This document shows positions 27,217 to 37,076 of a stretch of 64,000 nt of DNA, piece after piece. Source of the stretch: a virus. The notes beneath the pieces are model-generated. The model did not search any database. It had not been told where the DNA came from and worked only from the letters and a program-made list of their open reading frames with translations. Made by a program: the position numbers and the translations under genes. The DNA lies in IMG/VR virus record IMGVR_UViG_3300020473_000021, positions 1-64,000 of that record. One strand, written 5' to 3'. How positions within the stretch are numbered: position 1 is the first letter of the stretch; each line of letters starts with the position of its first letter.

Positions 27217-27775
27217 CAAGAAAGAATTTGAAGAGTTAGTTAATGACCTAGTAGATCCGGTGGATTCAAAGGTTGTTATGAAAGCGGTGGAAGACCATCC
27301 TAAATTGATTGCAACGTTAACTCGATTGATTAAGTCGGCAGCTAATCACGCGCAAGATGCGCAAGTCGATATGGCTAAGACAATATCGGAAGATATCGAG
27401 CGCATACGTCAAACCATCGAAAATGGTGGGTGGAATTACACCACAGTTTTAGATGAACAAGACACTGTTCGCTTTTGTTATACCACAGGACTTATGGACC
27501 TCGCTGGCATTGAAGTGATGGTTACTCCGGATGTAAAAATGGAAGAAGATGTATTCCGTGAACGGGTGGATGCAGTCACTCACCTCATGGGCATTAGCCA
27601 TGGTCTATATGTGGAGCAAGAAAACATCCCAGCTATTCAGAAGGCTGCTGGTGACTTTGAAGTGGATACCACTACCGTACTACAGTTAGTAGAAGACGGT
27701 TGTGCACATATCGTAAACTTCTATCCGGCTGATAAAACGAATACCGCACCGGGTTATCGCATCGCCTTAAAATAG
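27209..27775 (+). CDS. hypothetical protein
   Basis: 188 aa, overlaps the upstream stop codon. Confidence 0.65.
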   Translation: MDNKKEFEELVNDLVDPVDSKVVMKAVEDHPKLIATLTRLIKSAANHAQDAQVDMAKTISEDIERIRQTIENGGWNYTTVLDEQDTVRFCYTTGLMDLAGIEVMVTPDVKMEEDVFRERVDAVTHLMGISHGLYVEQENIPAIQKAAGDFEVDTTTVLQLVEDGCAHIVNFYPADKTNTAPGYRIALK

Positions 27776-27788
27776 TCGATTTAACTAG

Positions 27789-27815
27789 ATTTAAGGTATA
27801 TATCGTAGACATGAG
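27789..27815 (+). promoter_or_regulatory. putative early promoter
   Basis: ATTTAAGGTATATATCGTAGACATGAG. Confidence 0.65.
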
Positions 27816-27871
27816 ATTCAGGAGTAGCATGTTGACTACTCCTATATAACTTATTACTCAGGAGAACTATC

Positions 27872-28270
27872 ATGTCTAAAGTATTAAACTCTTTTCTAGT
27901 AGCATATGAACGCATTGATCACGAGATTGACTCTGATTTAGTTAAAGCTAGTGCAAACGGTACCGGTTACTTAGACGGTCTCGTAACACTCGATAAACCA
28001 GATGATGTTGATGTCAGTAGATTCACCGATTCCCACGGTCGTCGTGGTATCGTTTATTATACTCCAACTGGTAACGTTGTTGTGTTTGAACGTTATGTTC
28101 GCAATTCAGAAAGCGATGTAATACCTTTTGTATCTAACGGTCCACGTTGGTGGAAGATGCTATCTTCAGGAGCGATTGATATCGATCTGATGGACACACT
28201 ATCAAACAACATCAACTATCCCAATAACGTTGCTAAGGCGTTCATTAGCGACCTTAATAAATATCAATAA
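27872..28270 (+). CDS. hypothetical phage protein
   Basis: CAGGAG RBS; ANGTGYLD...GNVVVFERY. Confidence 0.7.
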   Translation: MSKVLNSFLVAYERIDHEIDSDLVKASANGTGYLDGLVTLDKPDDVDVSRFTDSHGRRGIVYYTPTGNVVVFERYVRNSESDVIPFVSNGPRWWKMLSSGAIDIDLMDTLSNNINYPNNVAKAFISDLNKYQ

Positions 28271-28329
28271 TCGGAGTGGGATATCCCACTCCCTATTTCC
28301 GTTTTAAAAATTAAAAAGGACATTATGCC

Positions 28330-29862
28330 ATGAAAAATATTAAATCTATTTTAGCTCTCAGTATCATGTTATCTTTAACGGCCTGTGGTGGCGGCGGAAG
28401 TTCATCACCTGAACCATCTGACCCCATCCCACCAACAGGTGGTGGTAACGACGGCGGTGATGATGGTGGTAACGATGACAACGGTGACGGTAATGGTGAT
28501 ACCACAGCATTTACCATTAGTGGTAAAGTCATTGATGGTTATGTAAGTGGTGCCACTGTATTCGTTGATATCAATGGTAATGGTCAACTGGATGACGGTG
28601 AACCTAATGGTGAATCGACTGATGCTGGCGATTATACGTTAGAAATCTCTGAAGCTAATGAGAATGTCGAGGAGTGCATCACCTTTGCACCTATCGTCGT
28701 TGACGTGCCCGTTGGAGCTATCGATGAGGACTTAGGCGAGGTGGAAGAGGCTTACACCATGACGCTTCCACCGATTAACGAAGATGCGTTCGACAGTGCC
28801 AATATCACGCCACTAACGTCAGTTCTTTGGGAAACATTCCAAAATGACTTTGCGTTAGAAGATGGCAATTTAGATCCAGTAGTTGCTTGTGAGCAATTGC
28901 TTGAAAATCACGAGTTGATCTCGCAATTCAAAGATCGTTTAGATTTCACCATTGGTAAGATTGTAGAAAACTACAATATCTCTGAAGATGAAATTTACAG
29001 CGACTTTGTAGCATCAGGCAATACGGCGTCTTATGATCTTGCCCAACAAATCGTGGTGGGTCTTAAGAAGTCGTTGGCTGAATCTAACGCCATCAAAGAA
29101 CAAAGCCCAAATGCTGTACCGCTAATTAGCTATTTAAAAGACAGCGGTGAGTGGGTGCGTGAAGAGTATATCTACACACCTGCTAGCGATGTAAGTAGTG
29201 AAGGCTGGTCTGATAATGCTCGTGTTAGTGCGAAAACCGAAACGGTAAGTAGTGACTTCGAGCAACGTTTTGATACGATCTATACCTACAACCGTCGTTC
29301 TTCTTTCCGTGAGATGAATGGGGGTGAAGTAGAGGTAGCGTATTTCAACGAGACCTGTAATACAGCTGACATCTTTGAATATACTGAAGATCCTACCAAT
29401 GGTCAAGCAACTAAAATCAGCGTAACCAACAATGATGACAGTTGCATCGACTATCGTTATAAGTCTATCGAAGTAGCTGAGTATAACAACCTCGATCAGC
29501 AGCTTGGTACAATCTACAGATACTCAATTGCATACAGCGATGCCGCTGGTGGCTACACTATGTTTGATTACATGGAAGACTTCCACGGGTCTAAAGAATC
29601 GCTTAATGTTGATTCTATCTTAAACGATGCGACCTCGTATGAGTTCTCTATGTCTGAAGACTATGATGTGGAACAACTGATGGAAAACTTCACTATTGTA
29701 GAAACCCGCGTTCGTGAGATGGATGGTGAGAACCTCGTCGATACCTCACGCGTTATCAATAGTGGTGGTGCTTCTTGGAAGCGTAAAACAACATTCCCTG
29801 ATGGTACTAGCGAAACGCAATGTAAAGATTCGCGTGATGCCGCATGGGGTGCTTGTGAATAA
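28330..29862 (+). CDS. bacterial-type acidic lipoprotein
   Basis: Signal peptide II LSLTA-CGGGGSS, Gly/Asp/Asn linker, SGKVIDGYVSGATVFVDINGNGQLDDGEP, ANITPLTS. Confidence 0.8.
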   Translation: MKNIKSILALSIMLSLTACGGGGSSSPEPSDPIPPTGGGNDGGDDGGNDDNGDGNGDTTAFTISGKVIDGYVSGATVFVDINGNGQLDDGEPNGESTDAGDYTLEISEANENVEECITFAPIVVDVPVGAIDEDLGEVEEAYTMTLPPINEDAFDSANITPLTSVLWETFQNDFALEDGNLDPVVACEQLLENHELISQFKDRLDFTIGKIVENYNISEDEIYSDFVASGNTASYDLAQQIVVGLKKSLAESNAIKEQSPNAVPLISYLKDSGEWVREEYIYTPASDVSSEGWSDNARVSAKTETVSSDFEQRFDTIYTYNRRSSFREMNGGEVEVAYFNETCNTADIFEYTEDPTNGQATKISVTNNDDSCIDYRYKSIEVAEYNNLDQQLGTIYRYSIAYSDAAGGYTMFDYMEDFHGSKESLNVDSILNDATSYEFSMSEDYDVEQLMENFTIVETRVREMDGENLVDTSRVINSGGASWKRKTTFPDGTSETQCKDSRDAAWGACE

Positions 29863-29919
29863 CCTTAACATCTAGAGGTAGGTAACCCCTACCTCTATTA
29901 TTCCGATTTGGAGGTAGGG

Positions 29920-30405
29920 ATGTTCCCTCAAGATAAAAACTCAACACTGACAACAAAGGAAGTCGATGACTTCTGTCGGTCGTTAGAGGAGTACGACAGT
30001 TTACTCTATCGTTCTCACCGAAAGATTCGTAAGGAATGGCAGGAGTTTTCTTACAACAAATTATTGTCGATGAATTCTGCTGCTGTAGAAACATTGGACA
30101 TTCCAGTAACTTACATCACACCGCCCTTTGCGGTATTGCATTTCAAGTGCTGGTTAAGAGCGTTAACGCTCGATCACAATCACCAAACTCACGGTAAGTG
30201 GGATAACTACATGAACGATGTGCGTAAGTATGATTTATTTAAGCCCAGCAAAAGTGTAGACCTTTCTATCCTAGAGAAGTACTTTCTAGAGTTTGATGAA
30301 AAAGCGGTGACGTCTTTCCCGGACTTCATTAGTTATTTAAACAGCAACGTATTATCCATTGATCCGACTAAAGTTGCTGACGATTTAAAACAACAATTTG
30401 CATAA
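29920..30405 (+). CDS. hypothetical protein
   Basis: GGAGG RBS before MFPQ. Confidence 0.65.
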   Translation: MFPQDKNSTLTTKEVDDFCRSLEEYDSLLYRSHRKIRKEWQEFSYNKLLSMNSAAVETLDIPVTYITPPFAVLHFKCWLRALTLDHNHQTHGKWDNYMNDVRKYDLFKPSKSVDLSILEKYFLEFDEKAVTSFPDFISYLNSNVLSIDPTKVADDLKQQFA

Positions 30406-30418
30406 CGCAAAGGAGCGT

Positions 30419-31030
30419 ATGATGAATAACACATTTTATCAGATCGATTGGGGTGTAGCACTTACCTATGCTTTTGTAGTATCGTTAGGTGCAACAATCA
30501 TACTTGGTGGTCTGTCTTCTTTTCTAGACTACATGGCTGAAAAGCGTGAGCATGGAATCAGTAAACGCATGCGATACCTATCCAACCTATCTAATCTCAC
30601 CCATGAGGAGAAGGTAGAAATCATCGGTAGTTTTAACTACGCCGATAAAGTTGATGGTGTTTCACTACACAAGGTACTGATCAGCTTCACCAATCGAAGT
30701 GGTGTCGCCTACGATAATGTCGAGTGTGGCTACCTATTCACTAATGATCACGAGAATGAACTCTTTGATCGTCCGTTTAATGAATACCTTATCCGCACGT
30801 TATTGCGTAGTCGCTACAACGTAGAAGAGGTTCAGTTTTCATTAGCCAAACTGACAGATTCTGAGTTCAATCAAATCCGTAGAGATGTACAGATGGTTAG
30901 ATCTGAAAAAGTACGTGAGTCTCAGATTACTGACCTGCGCAGTAAAGCGGATAAATCTATCGTGACACCGCAGTTAACCGTCTTGTCTGAACTTAAACAA
31001 AACAATTTAAAACCTATATCACAAGTGTGA
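30419..31030 (+). CDS. membrane-anchored hypothetical protein
   Basis: AAGGAG RBS before MMNN; TM helix WGVALTYAFVVSLGATIILGGL. Confidence 0.65.
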   Translation: MMNNTFYQIDWGVALTYAFVVSLGATIILGGLSSFLDYMAEKREHGISKRMRYLSNLSNLTHEEKVEIIGSFNYADKVDGVSLHKVLISFTNRSGVAYDNVECGYLFTNDHENELFDRPFNEYLIRTLLRSRYNVEEVQFSLAKLTDSEFNQIRRDVQMVRSEKVRESQITDLRSKADKSIVTPQLTVLSELKQNNLKPISQV

Positions 31031-31126
31031 TACGCTATAGCGATTGAATTGATTTAAGGGGAATTAACTATGGCGGTAACTGTGCGAGATCGAAATTTCA
31101 TGAAACCATACTTGAGGAGTAGTGAC

Positions 31127-31720
31127 ATGGCAAATAAGAATCGCGGCAACCGTAAAGGTCGTCAAGCAAACAAACAGACTATCCCTGACGACATTCGTCG
31201 TGGTACTAGCTATCAGACGCGAAACCCATCGAAGGATGAGGATGTTTCTGAGGCAAGTGTTGCAGATATTCGTCAGAGTCAAACTGAAGTCGTTGTGGAT
31301 GATCCACCCCAGATGACTAAGGTCGATGATGACCAAGCATCAAACGACGAAGCTGTTTCAAATCAAACAAATGATGAAGGAGATACTAACGTGTCTGAAG
31401 AAAATAAAACCCCAGAAGCAAACCAGGCATCACTCGTTCTTTTCCGCACTAAGCAAAATGGAGACCGGGTACAGCGTGCAGAAGTAACCGTACCTGTAGA
31501 AGTGGGTAGTCACCCATTGATTCGAATGCCTACTACCGATAAAGAAAACGATAGCGCTACATTGTCGTGTGGTGTTCGTTTCGTTATCACTGAAGAAGAT
31601 ATGGATAGCGGTGACGCTATCACGTCTGCAATTGAACGCTTTAATCGTAAGTACCGCAATAATCCTGTCGTGGGTAGATACCACGTTGAGATTAATGTTG
31701 ATGCTGATAAAGCAGCGTAG
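31127..31720 (+). CDS. hypothetical protein with basic/disordered N-terminus
   Basis: GAGGAG RBS before MANKNRGNRKGR; the frame is open from 31070. Confidence 0.65.
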   Translation: MANKNRGNRKGRQANKQTIPDDIRRGTSYQTRNPSKDEDVSEASVADIRQSQTEVVVDDPPQMTKVDDDQASNDEAVSNQTNDEGDTNVSEENKTPEANQASLVLFRTKQNGDRVQRAEVTVPVEVGSHPLIRMPTTDKENDSATLSCGVRFVITEEDMDSGDAITSAIERFNRKYRNNPVVGRYHVEINVDADKAA

Positions 31721-31729
31721 ACGACATAA

Positions 31730-31772
31730 AGGATGGTGGGTCTAACCCACCATCCTAGTCTTCTTATTTTTT
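31730..31772. terminator. terminator between convergent genes
   Basis: AGGATGGTGGG-TCTAA-CCCACCATCCT with T-rich 3' side and GACATAA 5' side. Confidence 0.75.
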
Positions 31773-32890
31773 TATTTTTTGAGTGACTTATCAACCCATA
31801 TCAAAGAAGATAGACATGCACGATAAGCATTCTTATCCAAATCGATAACTAACTTCACTACATCCCGACAGATATCGCGTTTAGTAATGGATCTTACTCG
31901 GTTGATCATGGTGTCGCTGATCTCTTTACTCATGCCCGATTGGTAGAAAACTTTATAAAGACGATCAATAGATTCCTTATATCGCTTCACCGACTTATTC
32001 ATCTCATTACGAGTATCGGTATAACGACGATCTTCCCTTAAGCTTTCTATTACTGTATCACATAACGCAATGGCTTGTCGATATGTAAGGGCATCGAGCT
32101 CTTGAGTCTTAACGCCGCCAATACTCTCCAGTCGAATACTTGACAGAAACTTACCTGCGTCATCGTACTCTTTATCCGCCAAGATAAGGCGAGAACCTAA
32201 AATAGGCTCATCGATAGGAAGACCAGCGATCATATCACTTCTCTCTTCATAGCCTAAGCGATCTATATAAACTTCAAACAATTCATCTAACTTGTCGCTA
32301 TCACCTACCCAATGGACATCTCTTTCAGCACGCTCAGAAATATCTTCTAGTGCATCGATGTATCCATTCGTTGCGCCAGCTAATGTATTCGCCGAATTGT
32401 TCTGTTGGAATATACCTGAAGATATATCAAGCACACCCATAGGTCGCTTACCGTCCATCAGAAGTACAGAATGTAGACCAATACTTACACGTCCCGTATT
32501 CCAGTCGCTTGATTGTTCTTTGTTTCGTATAGTTTTCTTAATGTCGACGGCTTTATCGTGTAGCTTCTTTCTAGACGAGAACAGTTTATTGACAAGATCT
32601 TTTGTCTTATCAATAATAGCTTCTATGGCACGCATAACGGCTGCTATGATGCGATGTACGGGTGAGCCCTTTTGAAAAATACCCGCTTCTAATGATAAGT
32701 CTTGCGTAACTAATTTAAGATTTTCTATCGCACTTTCCATGGTAAGGTCACCCGATTCTACTTGAGACTCAAGTGAAGCCGTATAGTGCAATGTACTCTC
32801 TAGGTGATCTAGAGAAACAAGACTCTTATCGATATCTTGATGAAGTTGCTCCATGCTTATCGCATCTTGCAGAATGTTTGCTTCTATCAT
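31772..32890 (-). CDS. internal head (inner-body-type) protein precursor
   Basis: N-terminal propeptide with SME, SLE, TME and SLE sites followed by an amphipathic helix, typical of phiKZ-like ejected head proteins. Confidence 0.65.
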   Translation of the reverse strand: MIEANILQDAISMEQLHQDIDKSLVSLDHLESTLHYTASLESQVESGDLTMESAIENLKLVTQDLSLEAGIFQKGSPVHRIIAAVMRAIEAIIDKTKDLVNKLFSSRKKLHDKAVDIKKTIRNKEQSSDWNTGRVSIGLHSVLLMDGKRPMGVLDISSGIFQQNNSANTLAGATNGYIDALEDISERAERDVHWVGDSDKLDELFEVYIDRLGYEERSDMIAGLPIDEPILGSRLILADKEYDDAGKFLSSIRLESIGGVKTQELDALTYRQAIALCDTVIESLREDRRYTDTRNEMNKSVKRYKESIDRLYKVFYQSGMSKEISDTMINRVRSITKRDICRDVVKLVIDLDKNAYRACLSSLIWVDKSLKK

Positions 32891-32895
32891 TTTTA

Positions 32896-33276
32896 TTACC
32901 TTCCACTCATTCCTCTAGATGAAAATGCTTCAATGGCATTGTTCCCATAATAAGCTACGATCAATGTCGCTGAAATGGCATAACACCATCCTACAACAAT
33001 ACCCAACGCTTTGATGACTTCAGTATCGTAAATACCAATAGCAATCCATATCACTGTCTGTATGGCAGTCCACCATAACCCAATGTAAAAACCACGACGT
33101 CTATGATTCCACCAACGTTCTGGATTAGGATGTGTATTAGATCCATTAGAACTTGAGCGCCTTGACGTACTCATGCTCATATTGCGAGATGATGATCGCC
33201 TTGATGTATTTTGTATTGTACTTGACCTTGTATTTGTTTTGGTCTCAGTACTACTTCCCCGGCTTGAACTATACAT
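32896..33276 (-). CDS. two-TM membrane protein, holin candidate
   Basis: Ser/Arg-rich N-terminus, PNPERWWNHRRR, then two TM helices ending LIVAYYG. Confidence 0.55.
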   Translation of the reverse strand: MYSSSRGSSTETKTNTRSSTIQNTSRRSSSRNMSMSTSRRSSSNGSNTHPNPERWWNHRRRGFYIGLWWTAIQTVIWIAIGIYDTEVIKALGIVVGWCYAISATLIVAYYGNNAIEAFSSRGMSGR

Positions 33277-33320
33277 AATGTATTCCTCTATTCGCTATAC
33301 GATTCTACCAGCTCGAGATA

Positions 33321-33347
33321 ATTTCAAACCTATATTACCTATTGGAG
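33321..33347 (+). promoter_or_regulatory. putative early promoter with exact TATATTAC core
   Basis: ATTTCAAACCTATATTACCTATTGGAG. Confidence 0.7.
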
Positions 33348-33374
33348 TATCCTCACGTGAAAAGAGACTCTATT

Positions 33375-33992
33375 ATGATAAACGAATTAAAAATGACAGC
33401 ATACACGAAGTTGCAACTTTTTCATTTGCTAGTCGATAAAGATGAAGAACTACTCCTCGCGATGGGTTGTTCTAGTATACCTAGAAATACGATAGCTGTA
33501 TTCATCAATGATCTACGATGGTGTATCAGTCGTATGAACCCTGCTAAGTTAGTTAATGTATCTGACATTCCAGCCTATGGATTCAAATACAAATTAGCAA
33601 AGCATCGCCGACAACGAATCATCGTCATCGACGTTAATGATCGCCAGTTTATTATTACCTTACGTTGGACGCAACATGGTAAGAATACTCGCGATTCATA
33701 TCTGTCGGATTTGTCAGTTGGCATCGTAGAATACCTCGGTGGACAACTATGGACACCGGTTGATGTTAAGTTTTTACACGCTAAAGTAAATCGTTTGCGG
33801 GATGATCACAGTGTCTTTTTCAGGATCATGAATAAGGCAACTGAAGATCTTGCTAACGCACCTAGTATGGGTATCAACAAAACTCATTATGGTCAAACCC
33901 TGATTGACTGGCTGTACAAATTGGGGGAAGGCCAAGCACCACACATTGACACACACAAAGAAGAGAAGGAGTTCCTACATGGGACACGTTAA
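33375..33992 (+). CDS. hypothetical protein
   Basis: Start MINELK lies downstream of the promoter motif. Confidence 0.65.
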   Translation: MINELKMTAYTKLQLFHLLVDKDEELLLAMGCSSIPRNTIAVFINDLRWCISRMNPAKLVNVSDIPAYGFKYKLAKHRRQRIIVIDVNDRQFIITLRWTQHGKNTRDSYLSDLSVGIVEYLGGQLWTPVDVKFLHAKVNRLRDDHSVFFRIMNKATEDLANAPSMGINKTHYGQTLIDWLYKLGEGQAPHIDTHKEEKEFLHGTR

Positions 33993-35292
33993 CGGATCAA
34001 ACCATATCGAACCGGCTATCCGTAGTCAGATTGGTCGCCACAATATCCATGTTGACGACATTAAAATGTTGAGTCGAGTAGAACGTCAGCGTAACTCAGA
34101 TAACTATCTGCGTAACGTAATGGCTGCTCTACGGGAACATGGAGCACGGGGTAGTCTGGCTAACATGGAAACCGCACTGATTAAGAACTTCAATAAAGTC
34201 AGTAGCGATGGACACAACGTCAGTACTTATTTAGTCGGTGTTGATATCGACTTTGCATTGAATCGGGATTCTTTTAAGAACTCCTGCTTCTACAACTTTC
34301 ACTTAGACCTTGGTGATCAGTTGGGGCTACATTTCAATTCAGACGACCGGATTGAAACGACACCCATGATCACCGACTTGGCTGTTTTTCAGGACGGTAA
34401 GCGCCTTGTTGATGAGGACGTTCACCCAGGTTACATGACATCGATACCAGGACATAACCTCTATCTTGAGTTCCACGATAAAAACGGTTATGTGGATGAC
34501 AGCAATATTCACGATATCTGCTTGCGTACTCGCTTCCGTAATACACAATGGAAGAACGCGGTCATGGGTCGCCACAAAGATGGGTCTAGTCATAACCTGC
34601 GATTCAGCGCAAGGATCTTGGTGGCTATTCAAGTCGATGAAGCGTCTGACAAACTACTTGTTCACTTCAATGAAGATGAGTACAAGAAGCGTTGTGAGCG
34701 CATGGGTCTGGACATTGAGCATGAAGCTTATGAAGATCGGTTCTTACCTTTAAACTCTGTTGTATTCGCATGTCGTGCGACAAAAGTGGGATCTGGGTTA
34801 AGTAAGATGTGGCTCACTAAAGAACAACTTGAAAAGCGTGATATCTACGCCTCACGAGTTAAGTGGGTAAAACATCAAACAGCCGTCAATAAGCAACAGT
34901 CTTGGTTAGAGCGTGAGCGTGCTATGCATGGTAAACCATGTTACATGTTAAATAGCCTACAAAGTAAGCTAGCGTATGCATTGCCTCTTGAAGCACTTGA
35001 TGAGGAGGGTATGATGGCGCTTAACTTTAACCTGTGGGGTCGTCCACGTTATCTAATCGGATTGGAGCTTTATGTTCAAAACACCTACAAGGTAATCGAG
35101 ATAGACCAGAAGAGAGCACTTGAAGAACAGGCTAAACAAGAAGCGTTCGGTGAAGTCTATCAACCGAGCGTTACTGAAGCAACTGCTGGGTCTGTCGTTG
35201 AGCGTCCTAAGAAGACGAATACTTATCGTAGTCTTAGGAATAAGTTCACTATCCCCAACCTTAGTGAGGGTGCAATATGCAACCAGGTTTAA
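33979..35292 (+). CDS. hypothetical protein
   Basis: AAGGAG RBS before MGHVNG. Confidence 0.7.
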   Translation: MGHVNGSNHIEPAIRSQIGRHNIHVDDIKMLSRVERQRNSDNYLRNVMAALREHGARGSLANMETALIKNFNKVSSDGHNVSTYLVGVDIDFALNRDSFKNSCFYNFHLDLGDQLGLHFNSDDRIETTPMITDLAVFQDGKRLVDEDVHPGYMTSIPGHNLYLEFHDKNGYVDDSNIHDICLRTRFRNTQWKNAVMGRHKDGSSHNLRFSARILVAIQVDEASDKLLVHFNEDEYKKRCERMGLDIEHEAYEDRFLPLNSVVFACRATKVGSGLSKMWLTKEQLEKRDIYASRVKWVKHQTAVNKQQSWLERERAMHGKPCYMLNSLQSKLAYALPLEALDEEGMMALNFNLWGRPRYLIGLELYVQNTYKVIEIDQKRALEEQAKQEAFGEVYQPSVTEATAGSVVERPKKTNTYRSLRNKFTIPNLSEGAICNQV

Positions 35293-35474
35293 TGTCAGCA
35301 ATAGCGGCCGGATTAAGTTCCGGCCAACTCTCCTCTACTCAAAAGCTACCATTGCATGGCATGTACGGTAGTTCTCCCCGACAAGGTGAGAAAGTGGGTA
35401 GTGGTAAAAAGCGTAAAGAAATCAAGTCTAACCTCAAAGAGGCCATTCTTAAATTACAAAAATCTAAGGATTGA
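35277..35474 (+). CDS. small basic protein
   Basis: GAGGG RBS; fills the gap between neighbouring genes. Confidence 0.5.
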   Translation: MQPGLMSAIAAGLSSGQLSSTQKLPLHGMYGSSPRQGEKVGSGKKRKEIKSNLKEAILKLQKSKD

Positions 35475-35477
35475 GTT

Positions 35478-35903
35478 TTGGAAATCGACACACATAAGGT
35501 TACATTTCTACTGGATGAGATACTGCCGGTATTTGAACATCATCTACGTAAAACACCAACCGATCCATCATCACTGATCGATCAGATAAATCGTGGTGAT
35601 TGTGGGTTGTTCTCACTTTGCTTAGGTTCAGGTCTTGAAGCGATGGGTGAGACGGTCACCTACATCGAGGTCAACGGCCAATTTCGAGGTCACGCATTTG
35701 TTAAGTGGGGCGATAAGTATTTCGACTCTGTCAATCCAGAAGGACTTGACTCGTTAGAGAAGTCTAAGTTCTGGAAAGAAGACATGCGTGTCTCTGAGCA
35801 AGATTATGAAACTCAAAAACGTTCTTGGGTACATGAAACCGATGATTTGGGATTAGCGATCTTAAATGATTGGAAAGAAGTCCTAAGAACTCTTAATGAG
35901 TAA
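35478..35903 (+). CDS. papain/transglutaminase-like Cys-His-Asp protein
   Basis: RGDCGLF...GHAFVKW...YFDS. Confidence 0.55.
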   Translation: MEIDTHKVTFLLDEILPVFEHHLRKTPTDPSSLIDQINRGDCGLFSLCLGSGLEAMGETVTYIEVNGQFRGHAFVKWGDKYFDSVNPEGLDSLEKSKFWKEDMRVSEQDYETQKRSWVHETDDLGLAILNDWKEVLRTLNE

Positions 35904-35912
35904 GGATAAAAA

Positions 35913-36728
35913 ATGAACGACTTAGATAAGTTGGAAATAAAGTTAAGTACATCGCAAGAATCATTATTTCGCATGTTTCATTTCATCAGTACAAAATTCC
36001 CTGATGTACCAAGCGATATCATCGATCCGGTCATGAAACAACACGAACAAATTGCCATTGGTATATTTGAACACAAAATGGGCGGCGATTTGAGTCGCTT
36101 TAAAAATCGATTCAGACCTGCTGGCGTCGGAACGTATGGTACCATCCTTACTTGGTTGTTAAAGCCTATTGAATTGGGTGAAACCATCGTCGCGGTCGAT
36201 GGAATAACTATCAGACGGTCTAAAGAAAAAGAGTGGGCTGCTGACTTTCTAGAAGTTGTTATCGATCAAGTCACTTTCCGATTGACAGCCTTGATGGACA
36301 TCCCTTCCACCATCGCACTCATCTACGATCTATTCATTAGACGGCCCACCAACGCGCCTAATCTTGAGTTCAGCGATCGGTTAAGGCTACTTAACGCATC
36401 TGTTGCGACTTTAAATAAAGAATTTATGGAAGTGGCAGCTAAGCGTGATATGTTCTCTAAGTATGATTTTAAACCCAACGATGAGGGGTTTGTTAAAGGT
36501 CAACTTAGAGTCAAAGGCGCTGGCATGATAAATGTCAGGATTAAGACGGATGACTTTGGGTGGGTTCACGATAACCTAAGGATCATCGAAACGGGTTATG
36601 ACGGTTTCGATTCAAACATAATGCACCGTTTCCATGTAGCTAGCATACTTCGGGAGCTAATGGATAATGGTGAATATGAGACTGAATTTCCCAAAGAGTG
36701 TTTGGAGGATGAAGACGATGGCAGTTAA
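35913..36728 (+). CDS. hypothetical protein
   Basis: AAGGA RBS, 271 aa. Confidence 0.7.
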   Translation: MNDLDKLEIKLSTSQESLFRMFHFISTKFPDVPSDIIDPVMKQHEQIAIGIFEHKMGGDLSRFKNRFRPAGVGTYGTILTWLLKPIELGETIVAVDGITIRRSKEKEWAADFLEVVIDQVTFRLTALMDIPSTIALIYDLFIRRPTNAPNLEFSDRLRLLNASVATLNKEFMEVAAKRDMFSKYDFKPNDEGFVKGQLRVKGAGMINVRIKTDDFGWVHDNLRIIETGYDGFDSNIMHRFHVASILRELMDNGEYETEFPKECLEDEDDGS

Positions 36729-37065
36729 GGCAATGGTAGGTAATAAACGCGTCCCTTCTGTCGATATCACTCGGTTGTCAGTGTTACTACAGACAATCGC
36801 TAAACACGATATTGATCTAGAAGAAATGGTCTTAGCACAAGTTGTTTCTGGTGATGGGACACAGGTCTTCAATGTAGGCTGTAGTTTCGGCGTGACAGAG
36901 GGTGGCAAACCCTACTTCCACATGGATCATCCTGACTTAGGGATTTATTCCGTCAGTAAGTCAGGTGGTTCAGCCGATATCGTGCAGATACCTAAAACGG
37001 TAGAGCAAGCTCAGGCAATGAAAGCGGTAGCCGAGCGCTATATTGAAACACATACTCGTCGATAG
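36718..37065 (+). CDS. hypothetical protein
   Basis: GGAGG RBS before MAVKAM. Confidence 0.6.
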   Translation: MAVKAMVGNKRVPSVDITRLSVLLQTIAKHDIDLEEMVLAQVVSGDGTQVFNVGCSFGVTEGGKPYFHMDHPDLGIYSVSKSGGSADIVQIPKTVEQAQAMKAVAERYIETHTRR

Positions 37066-37076
37066 GAGACATCTTA

